This document shows, piece after piece, positions 23,301-33,000 of a DNA stretch of 41,969 nt. This stretch comes from a virus. The notes below the pieces were generated by a model, which saw only the letters and a program-made list of their open reading frames with translations, did no database searches and was not told the origin of the DNA. The stretch lies in IMG/VR virus record IMGVR_UViG_3300021961_000005; one strand, 5' to 3'. Within the stretch, counting starts at the first letter, position 1. Each line of letters begins with the position of its first letter. The translations under genes were made by a program, and so were the position numbers.

Positions 23301-26300
23301 CGCCGCGCTCGACCGCACGCTGAGTGTTGCCGCTGTCAAGTATCCGATGCTGACCTCTGACGCTGCCGCCGAGGCTGCAGGCCTTGGCACGGCGGCCAAT
23401 GCGCGGTTCTTGTTTACCTACATCATGGCTACCACGTCTCAGAACCTCGACGTTGCGGCCAACGCCAAAGCGACAGACGCCGCCTTTGAGCAGATGCTCG
23501 CGCGCTGGGCGGCGGGCGATTATACGATGGACACCAAGCGCTGGGGCACTGGCGACAAGAAAAAGGCGATGAACGAGAACTTCGCCAAGTTCAATCGCAT
23601 GCTCCCAAAGATGCCGGGTGACACCGCAGTGGAGCGGCTGTCGGCCATGGATCGGCTGTTCCGCCAATCCAATACGGTCGGGGAGTGGACGCGACTGATG
23701 GATGCGGCGGGCATCCCATACAGCCCTCCGGGTCAGACCGCTGTTGACGCTGTCGTGTATGGGTCATCGACGCTCGGACCCAAGATCGGAAACGGTTTCT
23801 GGCAAAACCTGAACGGCAACTTTTCTCCGCTGACCATCGATCTGTGGATGCGTCGCACATGGGGCCGGTTGACGGGAAAAAGCATCGGCCTTGAAGACGC
23901 GCTGCCGGGACAGCGCGACCGGTTAAAGGCGGCAGTTCGCCGCTCGCGGTCTCGCACAAAAGACATCGACGCTTATGTCTCCGAGCTGCAAGCCCAGTTG
24001 GATGCAGCCACCACCACCCTCGACACGCTGACCATCAACGACTTCGGGACCAAAAAGGCGTTCAATGCTGAGACGCGACGCCTGCGTGCAGAGGCGTCAA
24101 ACCTTCGCGAGGTGATCGCGGACGCCAAGGGCGTAAAGGCCGCTGAACCCTACAAGGCAGCATACAACACCGACAACGCGGCCTTGCTGGCCTATGCCAA
24201 GCGGCTGCTAAAAGTGTGGGACACAGAGTACAAACGCCTCGTTGCCCAATATGGCGCTGACGCCATCCCTGACGACTTGCAACCCACATGGGCGCGTGCG
24301 GCAAAGACCATCCGTGCCAACCTTGGTACGCCACTGGATCAGGTTGCCAACGGCACCCAGCGTCGCCAGATCGAGACTGCGGGGCGGCTCGCTATTCAAA
24401 AGCTCTCTGCTCGCGGGATCAATGTCACGATGGCGGATATGCAAGCGCTCTTGTGGTATCCTGAAAAAGAGCTATGGTCATCGCTGACCAGAAAGTTGGA
24501 TGTCGATGAAGACGGCGTTCCGATCCCGATCACGTCCAACCTGAATGAGAGTTATGACGCGGTATTCACGCGCATTTTGGGAGAGCAAGGTTATGAAGTC
24601 CAAAGAGGCACTGGAACTGGAGCAGGAGCAGCTGGAGATCGAGCCGTCTTTGAGCAACCTGACGTCGCTGGAGAGCGCGACCAAGGAACAGATGGCGAAG
24701 CTGTTCGAGCAGATCAACGCGGACGAGGAACAGGCGGGTATTCGAGCGGAGGCCTTACGCCGCTTGAAGGTGCGCCAACTGTCGTCGGGGCAGCTGGCCC
24801 CGACCCAGAGCTCGTCGCCGTCGCAGAGCAATACGCCGCCGCAAACGGAATAGATCTCCGCCGTCAGGCAGAGTTCGTTGAAGTCGATCCTGAGCGGGCC
24901 GCGCGCATCGCTCAGGCTTACGAAGAGATGGCGCACGCGCCACAAGACCCTGCGGTGCAGGCGGCTTATGCTGACCTGATCCAGCAAACCATCGCCCAGT
25001 ACCAAGCACTGGTTGACGCCGGGTACACATTCACCTTCTTTGACAGCGAGACCGACCCCTACGCGGGCAATCCGTGGAACGCCATGCGCGACCTGCGCGC
25101 CAACAAGACGATGGCAGTCTACGGCACCTATGACGGCTACGGCACCGAAGGCCTGACCCAAGCGGCCATCGATGATAACCCGATGCTGCAGGACACCGGG
25201 CTGGTGTGGCTCGACCAGAACGGCGTCGAGCGCCCGGTCACCGCCAACGACCTGTTCCGCGCTGTGCACGACGCATTCGGTCACGGCATCGAGGGTGCGG
25301 GGTTCCGCGCACGCGGCGAAGAGAACGCATGGCAGGCGCACGTTCGCCTGTTCACCGGGCCAGCGATCGGCGTGCTCACCAGCGAGACCCGGGGCCAGAA
25401 CAGCTGGCTCAACTACGGCCCGTTCGGCGAGCAGAACCGCACCGCCAGCGTCGAGGACACGGTGTTCGCCCCGCAGAAGGCGGGCATCATGCCGGAGTTC
25501 ACATGGACTGAAGGCCGGTCCGCAGATGCAGCTATTGCCTCCCCTACCCCCAGCCCTGCGCTGGAGCAGCCCGGACCGACGCCGGGGCAGCCCGCGCCAG
25601 CGCCCGAGACGCCGCAGCAAGGCACAGTCGGCGCGCCGCGTGGGGCGTACCGGCTGCCCACTACAGATGACCTCCGCAACCTGATCACCCTGTCTGCAAA
25701 TGCAGACCCATCGACCTTCGTGCACGAGGTCGGTCACATGTTCCTGTTCCAGATGCTGCGGGACATTGCAGATACGCGCATCACGCCGGAAGGCAAGGCG
25801 CAGCTGGAAGCGCAGATCGCCGCCACCCGCGCGTGGTTTTCCAGCAACGCAGCGCAGGGTCTGGCTGATCTCAAGGTTATGGCCAAGGACATGACCAAAC
25901 GTGCAGCCGCTGCACCTGATGATGCTGAGCTGCAGCTGCGCGCATCTCGCCTGACCGCCGCTGTGCAGCGCGCGGACGCCGGGGGCGGTGCCGCTTACAT
26001 GGAACAGGTCGCACAGGCCTTTATGGACCCGGCATCCCCGGGCCGGGATGAAGCAGCCGAGGTCGTGTATCACGAGCTGTGGGCCCGTGGCTTCGAGAGC
26101 TACCTCGGCACAGGCAGCGCACCCAGCGCCGAGCTCCGCAACGTGTTTGCCAAGTTCGCGCAATACATCAGCAACGTGTACAAGAGCCTGCGCCGCCTAA
26201 ACGTGACGGTGTCCCCCGAGGTCGCCGATGTCTTCGACCGCCTACTGGCGACCGAAGACGCCATCACGCAAGAGCGCCGGGGCGCGATGTACCAGCTGTC

Positions 26301-29300
26301 TCCGGGCGTCCTTGAGGGCGCTACGCCAGCCGAGGCCAATCAACTACGCAAGCTGGCGTCGGAGGCCGAAGATCAGGCGCGGACCGAGATGGCGTCTCGC
26401 GTGGAAAACAGTCTCAAGACCGAGGCGCGCGCCAAGCGTCGTGCGCGGCGTGAGGTACTGGCCAACGAGATCTCCGAGCAGGTCGCGGCAGAGCCTGTGT
26501 ACGCGGCGACCAACATCGCCAAGCGCGGCACCCTGCCTGACGGCACCAAGACCGGCACCGGCAAGATAGATCGCGCTGAGCTTGTTGCGGTCGCCGGTGA
26601 AGAGGCGGTGTCCCGTATGCCATCCGGCATGGTCTCTGGCCGGGTGCGACCAGACAACGCCATCCCCCTCGGGGATCTGGCCACCCTGTCTGGCTTCGCC
26701 GACATCTACAGCATGATCGAGGCGCTGACCAACCCGACGCCGACCCCAGAAGCCACGGCGGTCAAGGAGCGCACAGACGCCGCCATGCTGCAGGAGTTCG
26801 GCGCTGATCTGGACGCCCGAGCGCTTCAGACCAAAGCAGTCGAAGTCGTGCAGAACGACAAGTTCCAGCAGCTCCAACAGCTGCAGCTCCGCATTCTGCG
26901 GCGGCTGGCAGCGCAACCCATGGCGCGGATCGCCCAGCGTCAGGCCGAGCAGGAAGGCGCGCCTGCCGCAGCAGTGGATCGCGCAGCCACTGAGGCCGCG
27001 CAGGCAGAGCAGGGTGCAGCACGCACGCCCCGTGAGGGCGTACAGGCCGCGCTCGCTCGGATCAGAGCAGACGTGCAGAAGACCGCAAACGCCAGTCAGC
27101 GCCGCGCTCAGGCCGCAGCACGCAGGCAGACCGCAGCGATCAGGCTAGGTATGGACCCTGCAGCGATCACCGCAGCAGCCCAGCGTTACGTCAGGACAAT
27201 CAAGGTCAAGGATGCAACGCCCGCCCGCTATCGTCAGGCGGCAGCACGATTGACTGCCAAGATCGAGCGCGCCATCGCTGATCGGGATTATACGCAAGCG
27301 GCGACGCTCATGGAGCAGCGCGCACTTAATCTGGCGGTCGCCAAAGAGGCGTCGCTCATTCAGACCAAGATCGAGACACAGCGCACCCGGTGGCGTGAGG
27401 TCACGGCAAGATCTGACAAGCGGCTGGCGCAGCGTTATTCGATCGACTGGGTCAACGCGATCCGGGTAGTGCTGGAGCCCTTCGGCATGGCGCGCAGCAT
27501 GCCGCGAAACTATGACCCGGTCCGCGCTCTGGCGGATCTGCAAGCGGTCGAGCCGACGCTTTATACCGAGATCCAGTTGGCGATCAGCAACTATGCAGCT
27601 CGGTCACGGGATGCAGCACAAGCCGACCCCAACAACCCGTACAAAGACCTGAGTGTGCAGGAAGCGCTCGACCTACTCGAGACTGCCGACACGATGCTGG
27701 CAAACGCACGCGACAGCCACGGCATTCTGGTTGAGGGCCGCCGGGTTGAGTTCGTCGCCATCGCTGATGAGGTCTCGGTCAATGTAAGCAAGCGACGTAA
27801 GGTGCAGAAACAGGCAGGCCGCTTGGGACGAGGTCGCGGTAGCCGCACGTTCCGCGAGACCCGCCGCCAGCTCGGTGCGTTCAAGGCAAGCCTGCGCCGG
27901 ATCGAGCAGTGGGCCCGTGACTTTGACAACGGCAACCCTCGCGGCCCGCTGACCCGATACCTCGTGCGCCCGATCATGGCTGCGGTCGATGCTTACACCG
28001 TCGCCCGGAAAGGACCGCAAGAGGCACTGGCTGCGCTACTTCGCAAGCGCACTGACCTGATGGCGCGCCGCCCCATCCGCGCACAGGAGCTGGATGGCTA
28101 CGTTTTCCAGACCAAGGGCGAGCTGATCATGGCGCTGCTGCACACAGGCAACGACAGCAACAAGCGCAAGCTGCTTCTGGGTGGCGCGACAGATGTGGAG
28201 ACCAACCGCCGTTATGTGTGGGGCAGCCAAGACGCCGAAGGCAACCTCGACACCTCCCGCTGGGATACCTTTATTGATCGGCTGTTTGCCGATGGCACCC
28301 TGACGCAAGCTGATATGGAGCTGGTGCAGGGTATCTGGGACATCTTCGAGCAGACCAAGCAGGCGGCGCAGGCGGCGCACAAGCAGATGTACGGGTACTA
28401 TTTTGCCGAGGTGCAGGCAGATCCTGTGGTCACCCCGGTCGGCATCTATCCGGGAGGCTATGCGCCAGCGATCACCGACAGCATGATGAACCCGGATGGT
28501 GCACGCTTTGAAGCCGAAGAAGTGATGTCGCAGCAGTCAAATGCCTCGATGTTTCCCGGCGCTGAAAAGGGCTTCACGCAATCTCGCACAGAGTACAACC
28601 AGCCGCTGGACCTCGACCTGACGCGCATCCCTGCTCACTTCGACCGGGTCATGAAGTTCGCCTACCTCGGCCCTGCAGTTCGGCAGGCAGCTCGCTTGGT
28701 GACCAACAGAGCCTTCCGCGAGGCCGTGCGCCCCGGCAGCCCTGACGTGATTGATGTTGCCGTCATCCCGTGGCTGCAGCGCACGGTGCAGCAGCGCGTC
28801 ACCACCCCGCCCACCAATCAAGGGTGGTCTGGTGTGTCCCGGGTTGCTTCAGCCATCGACCGCCGCGTCGGCCTGCACATCATGGCTGGCAACATAATCA
28901 ACGCAGCGCAGCAGATTACCGGCTTCTCGGTGGCTGCCGCCCGCATCCCTGCGCGACACTTGGCTGTTGCCGCCACCCGGTGGCGGGTCAACAATCAGTC
29001 GGTTCGGGCATACATCATCGCGCAGTCGCCATTTATGGAAGAGCGTATGACTGGCGGGATGAACGAGGCCAGCACAACCCTAGAAAAGATCCTAAGTGAA
29101 CCGGGTTTATTAAATCGGTCGCAAGCCGCCGCGTCTCGCTATGGCTACTTTGCACAGCAGATCGCGCAAAACTTGGTCGACCCCACGGTCTGGATCGCAG
29201 CTGAACGGCATGGCATGGAAATCGTGTACCCAGCCGCCTATGCTGAAGTTCTCGACAGAACAGGAGACGAGGCTGCCGCCGACACCGCAGCTCGGGCAGA

Positions 29301-30018
29301 GGTCGTGGCTTACGCCGACAGCATTGTGCGCGACACGCAGGCACCCATGAGCCCAAGTGATGTTTCTGGCATCGAGGCCTCCTCACCGCTCGCTCGCCTG
29401 TTCCTGAAGTTCTATTCGTACTTCAACGCGATGGGTAACCTGCTGGTGACCGAGAAGAACATCGCGATGAACAGCGATATGGGCTGGGCCGGTAGGTACG
29501 GTCGGTCCTTCTATGCCTACCTGATGATCGTGACGATCCCGACGATTGTTGCAGAAAGCATTGCTCAGCTGGCGCGCGGAGGCTTCGAGGATCTCGAGGA
29601 TGAAGACGAGCGCGACCAGCTGATGTTCGAGCTGCTCATCGGGTCACAGCTCAAGACCATGGCAGCCATGGTGCCACTTGCTGGATTGGTGGTGTCGACT
29701 ACTTACGGCATCGTTGTGACAGATCAAGTCTACGATGACCGGATCAACCTGTCGGCTGGTATCGGCGTGACCGAAAGCACGCTGCAAAACCTCGCCCGCT
29801 TGATTGTCGCAGCTGCTGACCCAGACACGGATATCGAAACTCGGCGCGCGATCCGCACAACACTGGATGCGCTAGGCCTTGCGCTCGGCCTGCCGACTAA
29901 CTGGGCGAGCAAGCCGATCAGCTACGCGGTCAGCGTCTCTGAAGGCGACAGCAGACCAGAAGGCTTCGGTGACATCCTCCAAGGTGCGCTCACAGGCAAA
30001 GATGGAACTGACCGATGA
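20383..30018 (+). CDS. Giant (3,211 aa) internal virion / ejection protein with polyvalent-protein features
   Basis: Single open frame in the gp16 position. It has the HExxH motif FVHEVGHMF (25723-25737) with a downstream YHELWARGFESYL (about 26068-26106). A separate module contains VHDAFGHG (25264-25287). There are Pro-rich and Gly-rich linkers and a long coiled-coil-like A/R/Q region. C-terminal hydrophobic helices lie at about 29506-29575 and 29650-29720. Confidence 0.85.
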   Translation: MADELDFSGALDRVLQQQATGAPTVSPIPSAAPLAPTTNLLTGAAPAPSPFADALDRVIRGDTVPPPVATAPDMVPDTSALGADAPAQSAQEAASGVAAANGLLGDGVSPEVIAEVRRIARDKRIPLPLAAQTYIARAQATPGDRYRRLLQENPGLRRMATQGGAYADFMPDAAALATTEQAFTEARKEWSVGGDRLDDTLVGRAITRGTLQTIASLPALAASLDLGVALDIGATEEQILERLAAPYGGWAAMENYPASMRVSVLAAARQQYNLVQGLTDDDRVAALQRAGEYYFSAQQLVTQAEGLVRNPGSQRFITNTLSQAPDTVAGTLEAFASDPVNGGLFLAETILESAPNIAATIIISRVTGSLSLGAVVGATAGGGREYVLSTTQFLAERGYTINSVEDAIAILQNAELMQEAADFGFARAMPIAILDALAGVASGVRLGRTALGDVVAQTAVQGASGALGEMGAQIGSEGKITSVRDITIEALAELPTALIEVPLAAGRSFGSERLPPELNQLLAPNGLQSAADQAAAAQQALETTRAAIEETATFARDPDAVRELLVASGDQEVSIPVQEIERLYQEGALTDDDLAYLNVEDELTQQGELSGDVVTTASRVLTLQGDAFASLSEHVRTQAGAPTAAEAREALANREADIARLQATLEQAQNVAGEINTLADAITEQLRSTTGLSRGQARAAARLLAERYAARAALFEPGTTAQSLYERDRVTFETEGRAAPAPDLEQPAIRNDLIARRMQRTGVQTVDDFWQRWRDTMVATAGPDTRLSMEGLSAPMSGRVEAMLSGLREEARATDLGTVITQRFGLNDDGTIKARIPRDILIRAGISPTPENLSTVISALESPADETQTFEQAAADIGNARQRLADDPASLGLDPELAASINPIYRPEALPPSRMKGSNQEAAQFLEDTYADDPITDLTAEITPERLDRIATQMAAETELALESTGNAADWYSAALDRTLSVAAVKYPMLTSDAAAEAAGLGTAANARFLFTYIMATTSQNLDVAANAKATDAAFEQMLARWAAGDYTMDTKRWGTGDKKKAMNENFAKFNRMLPKMPGDTAVERLSAMDRLFRQSNTVGEWTRLMDAAGIPYSPPGQTAVDAVVYGSSTLGPKIGNGFWQNLNGNFSPLTIDLWMRRTWGRLTGKSIGLEDALPGQRDRLKAAVRRSRSRTKDIDAYVSELQAQLDAATTTLDTLTINDFGTKKAFNAETRRLRAEASNLREVIADAKGVKAAEPYKAAYNTDNAALLAYAKRLLKVWDTEYKRLVAQYGADAIPDDLQPTWARAAKTIRANLGTPLDQVANGTQRRQIETAGRLAIQKLSARGINVTMADMQALLWYPEKELWSSLTRKLDVDEDGVPIPITSNLNESYDAVFTRILGEQGYEVQRGTGTGAGAAGDRAVFEQPDVAGERDQGTDGEAVRADQRGRGTGGYSSGGLTPLEGAPTVVGAAGPDPELVAVAEQYAAANGIDLRRQAEFVEVDPERAARIAQAYEEMAHAPQDPAVQAAYADLIQQTIAQYQALVDAGYTFTFFDSETDPYAGNPWNAMRDLRANKTMAVYGTYDGYGTEGLTQAAIDDNPMLQDTGLVWLDQNGVERPVTANDLFRAVHDAFGHGIEGAGFRARGEENAWQAHVRLFTGPAIGVLTSETRGQNSWLNYGPFGEQNRTASVEDTVFAPQKAGIMPEFTWTEGRSADAAIASPTPSPALEQPGPTPGQPAPAPETPQQGTVGAPRGAYRLPTTDDLRNLITLSANADPSTFVHEVGHMFLFQMLRDIADTRITPEGKAQLEAQIAATRAWFSSNAAQGLADLKVMAKDMTKRAAAAPDDAELQLRASRLTAAVQRADAGGGAAYMEQVAQAFMDPASPGRDEAAEVVYHELWARGFESYLGTGSAPSAELRNVFAKFAQYISNVYKSLRRLNVTVSPEVADVFDRLLATEDAITQERRGAMYQLSPGVLEGATPAEANQLRKLASEAEDQARTEMASRVENSLKTEARAKRRARREVLANEISEQVAAEPVYAATNIAKRGTLPDGTKTGTGKIDRAELVAVAGEEAVSRMPSGMVSGRVRPDNAIPLGDLATLSGFADIYSMIEALTNPTPTPEATAVKERTDAAMLQEFGADLDARALQTKAVEVVQNDKFQQLQQLQLRILRRLAAQPMARIAQRQAEQEGAPAAAVDRAATEAAQAEQGAARTPREGVQAALARIRADVQKTANASQRRAQAAARRQTAAIRLGMDPAAITAAAQRYVRTIKVKDATPARYRQAAARLTAKIERAIADRDYTQAATLMEQRALNLAVAKEASLIQTKIETQRTRWREVTARSDKRLAQRYSIDWVNAIRVVLEPFGMARSMPRNYDPVRALADLQAVEPTLYTEIQLAISNYAARSRDAAQADPNNPYKDLSVQEALDLLETADTMLANARDSHGILVEGRRVEFVAIADEVSVNVSKRRKVQKQAGRLGRGRGSRTFRETRRQLGAFKASLRRIEQWARDFDNGNPRGPLTRYLVRPIMAAVDAYTVARKGPQEALAALLRKRTDLMARRPIRAQELDGYVFQTKGELIMALLHTGNDSNKRKLLLGGATDVETNRRYVWGSQDAEGNLDTSRWDTFIDRLFADGTLTQADMELVQGIWDIFEQTKQAAQAAHKQMYGYYFAEVQADPVVTPVGIYPGGYAPAITDSMMNPDGARFEAEEVMSQQSNASMFPGAEKGFTQSRTEYNQPLDLDLTRIPAHFDRVMKFAYLGPAVRQAARLVTNRAFREAVRPGSPDVIDVAVIPWLQRTVQQRVTTPPTNQGWSGVSRVASAIDRRVGLHIMAGNIINAAQQITGFSVAAARIPARHLAVAATRWRVNNQSVRAYIIAQSPFMEERMTGGMNEASTTLEKILSEPGLLNRSQAAASRYGYFAQQIAQNLVDPTVWIAAERHGMEIVYPAAYAEVLDRTGDEAAADTAARAEVVAYADSIVRDTQAPMSPSDVSGIEASSPLARLFLKFYSYFNAMGNLLVTEKNIAMNSDMGWAGRYGRSFYAYLMIVTIPTIVAESIAQLARGGFEDLEDEDERDQLMFELLIGSQLKTMAAMVPLAGLVVSTTYGIVVTDQVYDDRINLSAGIGVTESTLQNLARLIVAAADPDTDIETRRAIRTTLDALGLALGLPTNWASKPISYAVSVSEGDSRPEGFGDILQGALTGKDGTDR
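24593..24853 (+). CDS. Candidate 86-codon ORF in the +1 frame, nested in the giant gene
   Basis: ATG at 24593 is preceded by GGGAGAG. Hand-counted GC3 is 72/86 here against 19/60 for the giant frame over 24601-24780. Translation is MKSKEALELEQEQLEIEPSLSNLTSLESATKEQMAKLFEQINADEEQAGIRAEALRRLKVRQLSSGQLAPTQSSSPSQSNTPPQTE. Confidence 0.4.
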   Translation: MKSKEALELEQEQLEIEPSLSNLTSLESATKEQMAKLFEQINADEEQAGIRAEALRRLKVRQLSSGQLAPTQSSSPSQSNTPPQTE

Positions 30019-30052
30019 AAGATGATATAAGGCCAATCAAGGAGATCTTGAC

Positions 30053-33000
30053 ATGACGATCACAGCCCAGACCTCAAAGACGGGTCCATATAACGGCAAC
30101 GGCACGACGACCGTTTTCTCGTACACCTTTAGAGTGCAAGACGAAACCCAGCTTGAAGTAACCGTACTTGCCAGCGACGGTATCACAGAAACAACCAAGG
30201 TGCTGAACACAGACTACACAGTCACGGGTGTTGGCAACAATAGCGGCGGCACCGTCGTTATGGGCACGGCCCCGGTTACTGGGGAAAAACTGACGATTAC
30301 CAGAAACGTCACTCTCGACCAAGTGGTCGATCTGCAAAACCGGGGATCGGTTAATCCAGAAACACTTGAAGCCAGCTTTGACAAACTGACGCAGATCGCG
30401 CAGGACCAGCAAGAGCAGCTCGACCGCTCGCTCAAGGTAGATCTGTTTGAGCAGGCAGACCTCGAGCAGCTGACGCTAAACGTCAACGCGCTCGCAGCCA
30501 TCGAAGGCGACATCTCGACTGTGGCGGGCATCAGCTCAGACGTGACGGATGTAGCCGGTAACGCCGCCGACATTTCGACCGTGGCTGGGATCAGCGCGGA
30601 CGTCACCGCTGTGGTGGCTGACGCCACAGACATCGGTACGGTCAGCACAAACATCGCCAATGTAAATACCGTCGCTGGGATCAGCGCGGACGTCACCGCT
30701 GTGGCAGCTGACGCCACAGACATCGGTACGGTCAGCACAAACATCGCCAATGTAAATACCGTCGCTGGGATCAGCTCGGACGTCACCACGGTCGCCACAA
30801 ACGTAACCGACATCACAAACTTTTCTAATGTCTACCTCGGCCCCAAAACTACAGACCCCAGCACTCGAAATGATAGCTCTGCCCTGCAGGAGGGTGACCT
30901 GTATTTTAACACCACAAGCGACGTGATGAAGGTATATGAAGGATCCGTCTGGGTCGCAGCGTATGTGTCTCTGTCTGGTGCTTTGCTGTCAATTAACGAC
31001 CTTTCTGATGTATCTGATGCTGCTGCCTCTCGAACCAACCTTGGTCTCGGCACTAACGACAGCCCGACATTTACCAGCACAATAGTTACAGGCGCGGGCG
31101 GCGCGGGGACGGTGCAGTCTAACATAGGCAACAGCACGCTTTCAACAGGGTCCGCAATCCTTTACATCGGCGCGAGCCGCACAGGCGACGGACAGGCGCG
31201 AATTGATATGATCGGGGATACAACCTACGCCCCCGGCCTTCGAATATTGCGAAACTCTGGCGCGAACGGATCGACGCTTCTTCAGCATCGCGGAACCGGG
31301 GCTATCGCAATATCTGCCATTGAGCTTGCGGACATTGCTTTTAAGACAAACAATCTGGAGCGGATGCGTATCAGCAGCGCCGGACTGGTAGGCATTGGGA
31401 CGAGTAGCCCTACAGAAATGCTCTCCGTAGCAGGTAATATCTCTGTCACCGGCACTGTAGATGGTCGTGATATTGCAGCAGACGGTGCCACGCTGGACAG
31501 TCTCGCAGCGCCAACCAGCCCCCCTGTTTATGCGTCCGCCCACGGGATCAGTTCCGGCGCGGACAGCGCAACTGAGTTGCAAGCCGCGATTGACACAAAT
31601 GCGCCTGTTATCGTGATCGACGTTGATTGCCGTCTGGACAGCCCAGTGACGCTGAACAACGACAATCAGGTCATTGTGGTGAATGCCACGGTCTACCAGT
31701 ATGGCAGCGGGTTGTTCACGGTCGCTGAAAATGTCCATGCGCCTGCTATAATCGGCAACGGCGTTATCGACGGGACGAACGCAGACGCGGGCAGTTTCGC
31801 AATTCGCACCGGGGCAGTTCCAAACCTGACCGTTGATTTGCTGTTTCAGGAATACGCTGCGGCGAACTTGCTTCTGGTGATGCCAACCTCTGCCGCCAGC
31901 ACAAACACCTTTGGCGGCAACATTCGGCTGCGCGGCGCTGCACTGGCTGGCGGGGCTGCTCAATTCCTGAACGGGATCGTCTTGATCGGGCGCGAGGCAT
32001 ACCACCACGCCCACACCGCAGACGGAACAACGGACCCCATCACGGCCCCCTATGCATGGCCTGAGTTGAACAACGGGTCAGTCGTCGTTCACGTTCAGGC
32101 GCTGGACGGATCGTGGTCGGTCCTTGAGGTCGATACGGACTTCACTCTGGCGTACGATGGTTCGGATCAGCCGGTGGTCACACCGCTGTCTGCAACGACA
32201 TCGGGCGACATCTGGCATATCTGGCCTGCGCAACCAGTGACCACAGGCAACCGGCGGCCTATATCCAGCATGAAAATCGAGATGATCGGGGACGCAATCA
32301 AGCACGGCATCCTGATTGGCCGGTGGGCAGACGGGCTGAAAATCGGCGGGTTGATCCGTCGCGTGACAGACGCGGCGACGGCTGTTCGGTTTAACCCGTA
32401 TAACGCCAGCGCAGTTCGGAAGCGGACCGGTCAAGCGGGCGACAATATCCATTTCACTGACCTGATTACCACGGACGGAACCTCGTCTGGCACCCCGGCT
32501 GCTGCTGTTTCTCTGGGGGCTGGCAGCTATAAGTTGACGGGGGGGATCGGCTTTGACGGATCAGGATATTCCAGTTTGCAGATTGTTCCGGCTGATTGTG
32601 AATTTGAGACGCTGACAGGCACGGCCAGTTCATCCGGGGCTGTTGTCACCGGCACCGGCACGGCGTTTCTGACAGAATTGACGCTGGTTGGCTCCAATGC
32701 GGATAAAATTGTCAACACTGATGGTCAGGTGCTCAGCATTTCGTCCATCGACAGCGATACCCAGATCACACTGACCGCGACCCCAACAACAACCATGTCA
32801 GGGGCCACGCTGAAATCCAAAAACATTGAAAATGTGGTCAGCGGGCAAATTATGCTGTCGTCTGATGGCGATGGCTTGGCATATGGGAAGCCCTATGCAG
32901 ACCGCCTCTGGCAATGGCCGCCCCGCCGGTATGTCGGCATCGCCACGGTAACGGCGGGCCTGACCAGTGTGACGGTGACATTCCCAGAGCCTCTGGCGCG

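Noticed and set aside
25264-25287. The giant protein as an N4-like virion RNA polymerase, because VHDAFGHG resembles T7-type RNAP motif C (IHDSFG)
   Set aside because: The module containing it starts only about 160 aa upstream, after a linker. I could find no motif A (D..S..G.Q) or motif B (R...K.......YG) at the required spacing. The resemblance is probably coincidental, but a profile search should confirm this.
24478-26163. 561-aa ORF antisense to the giant gene
   Set aside because: The composition is dominated by R/A/G/P/L, as expected for the reverse complement of a high-GC3 coding frame. It has no SD or promoter context and lies wholly inside a well-supported gene. It is a shadow ORF.
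30584-30788. Diversity-generating retroelement (TR/VR pair), considered because the head module recalls BPP-1
   Set aside because: No reverse transcriptase ORF is present anywhere. The only repeat is an adjacent in-frame tandem duplication, and its 2 differences (T/C and G/A) do not show a template-adenine-specific pattern.
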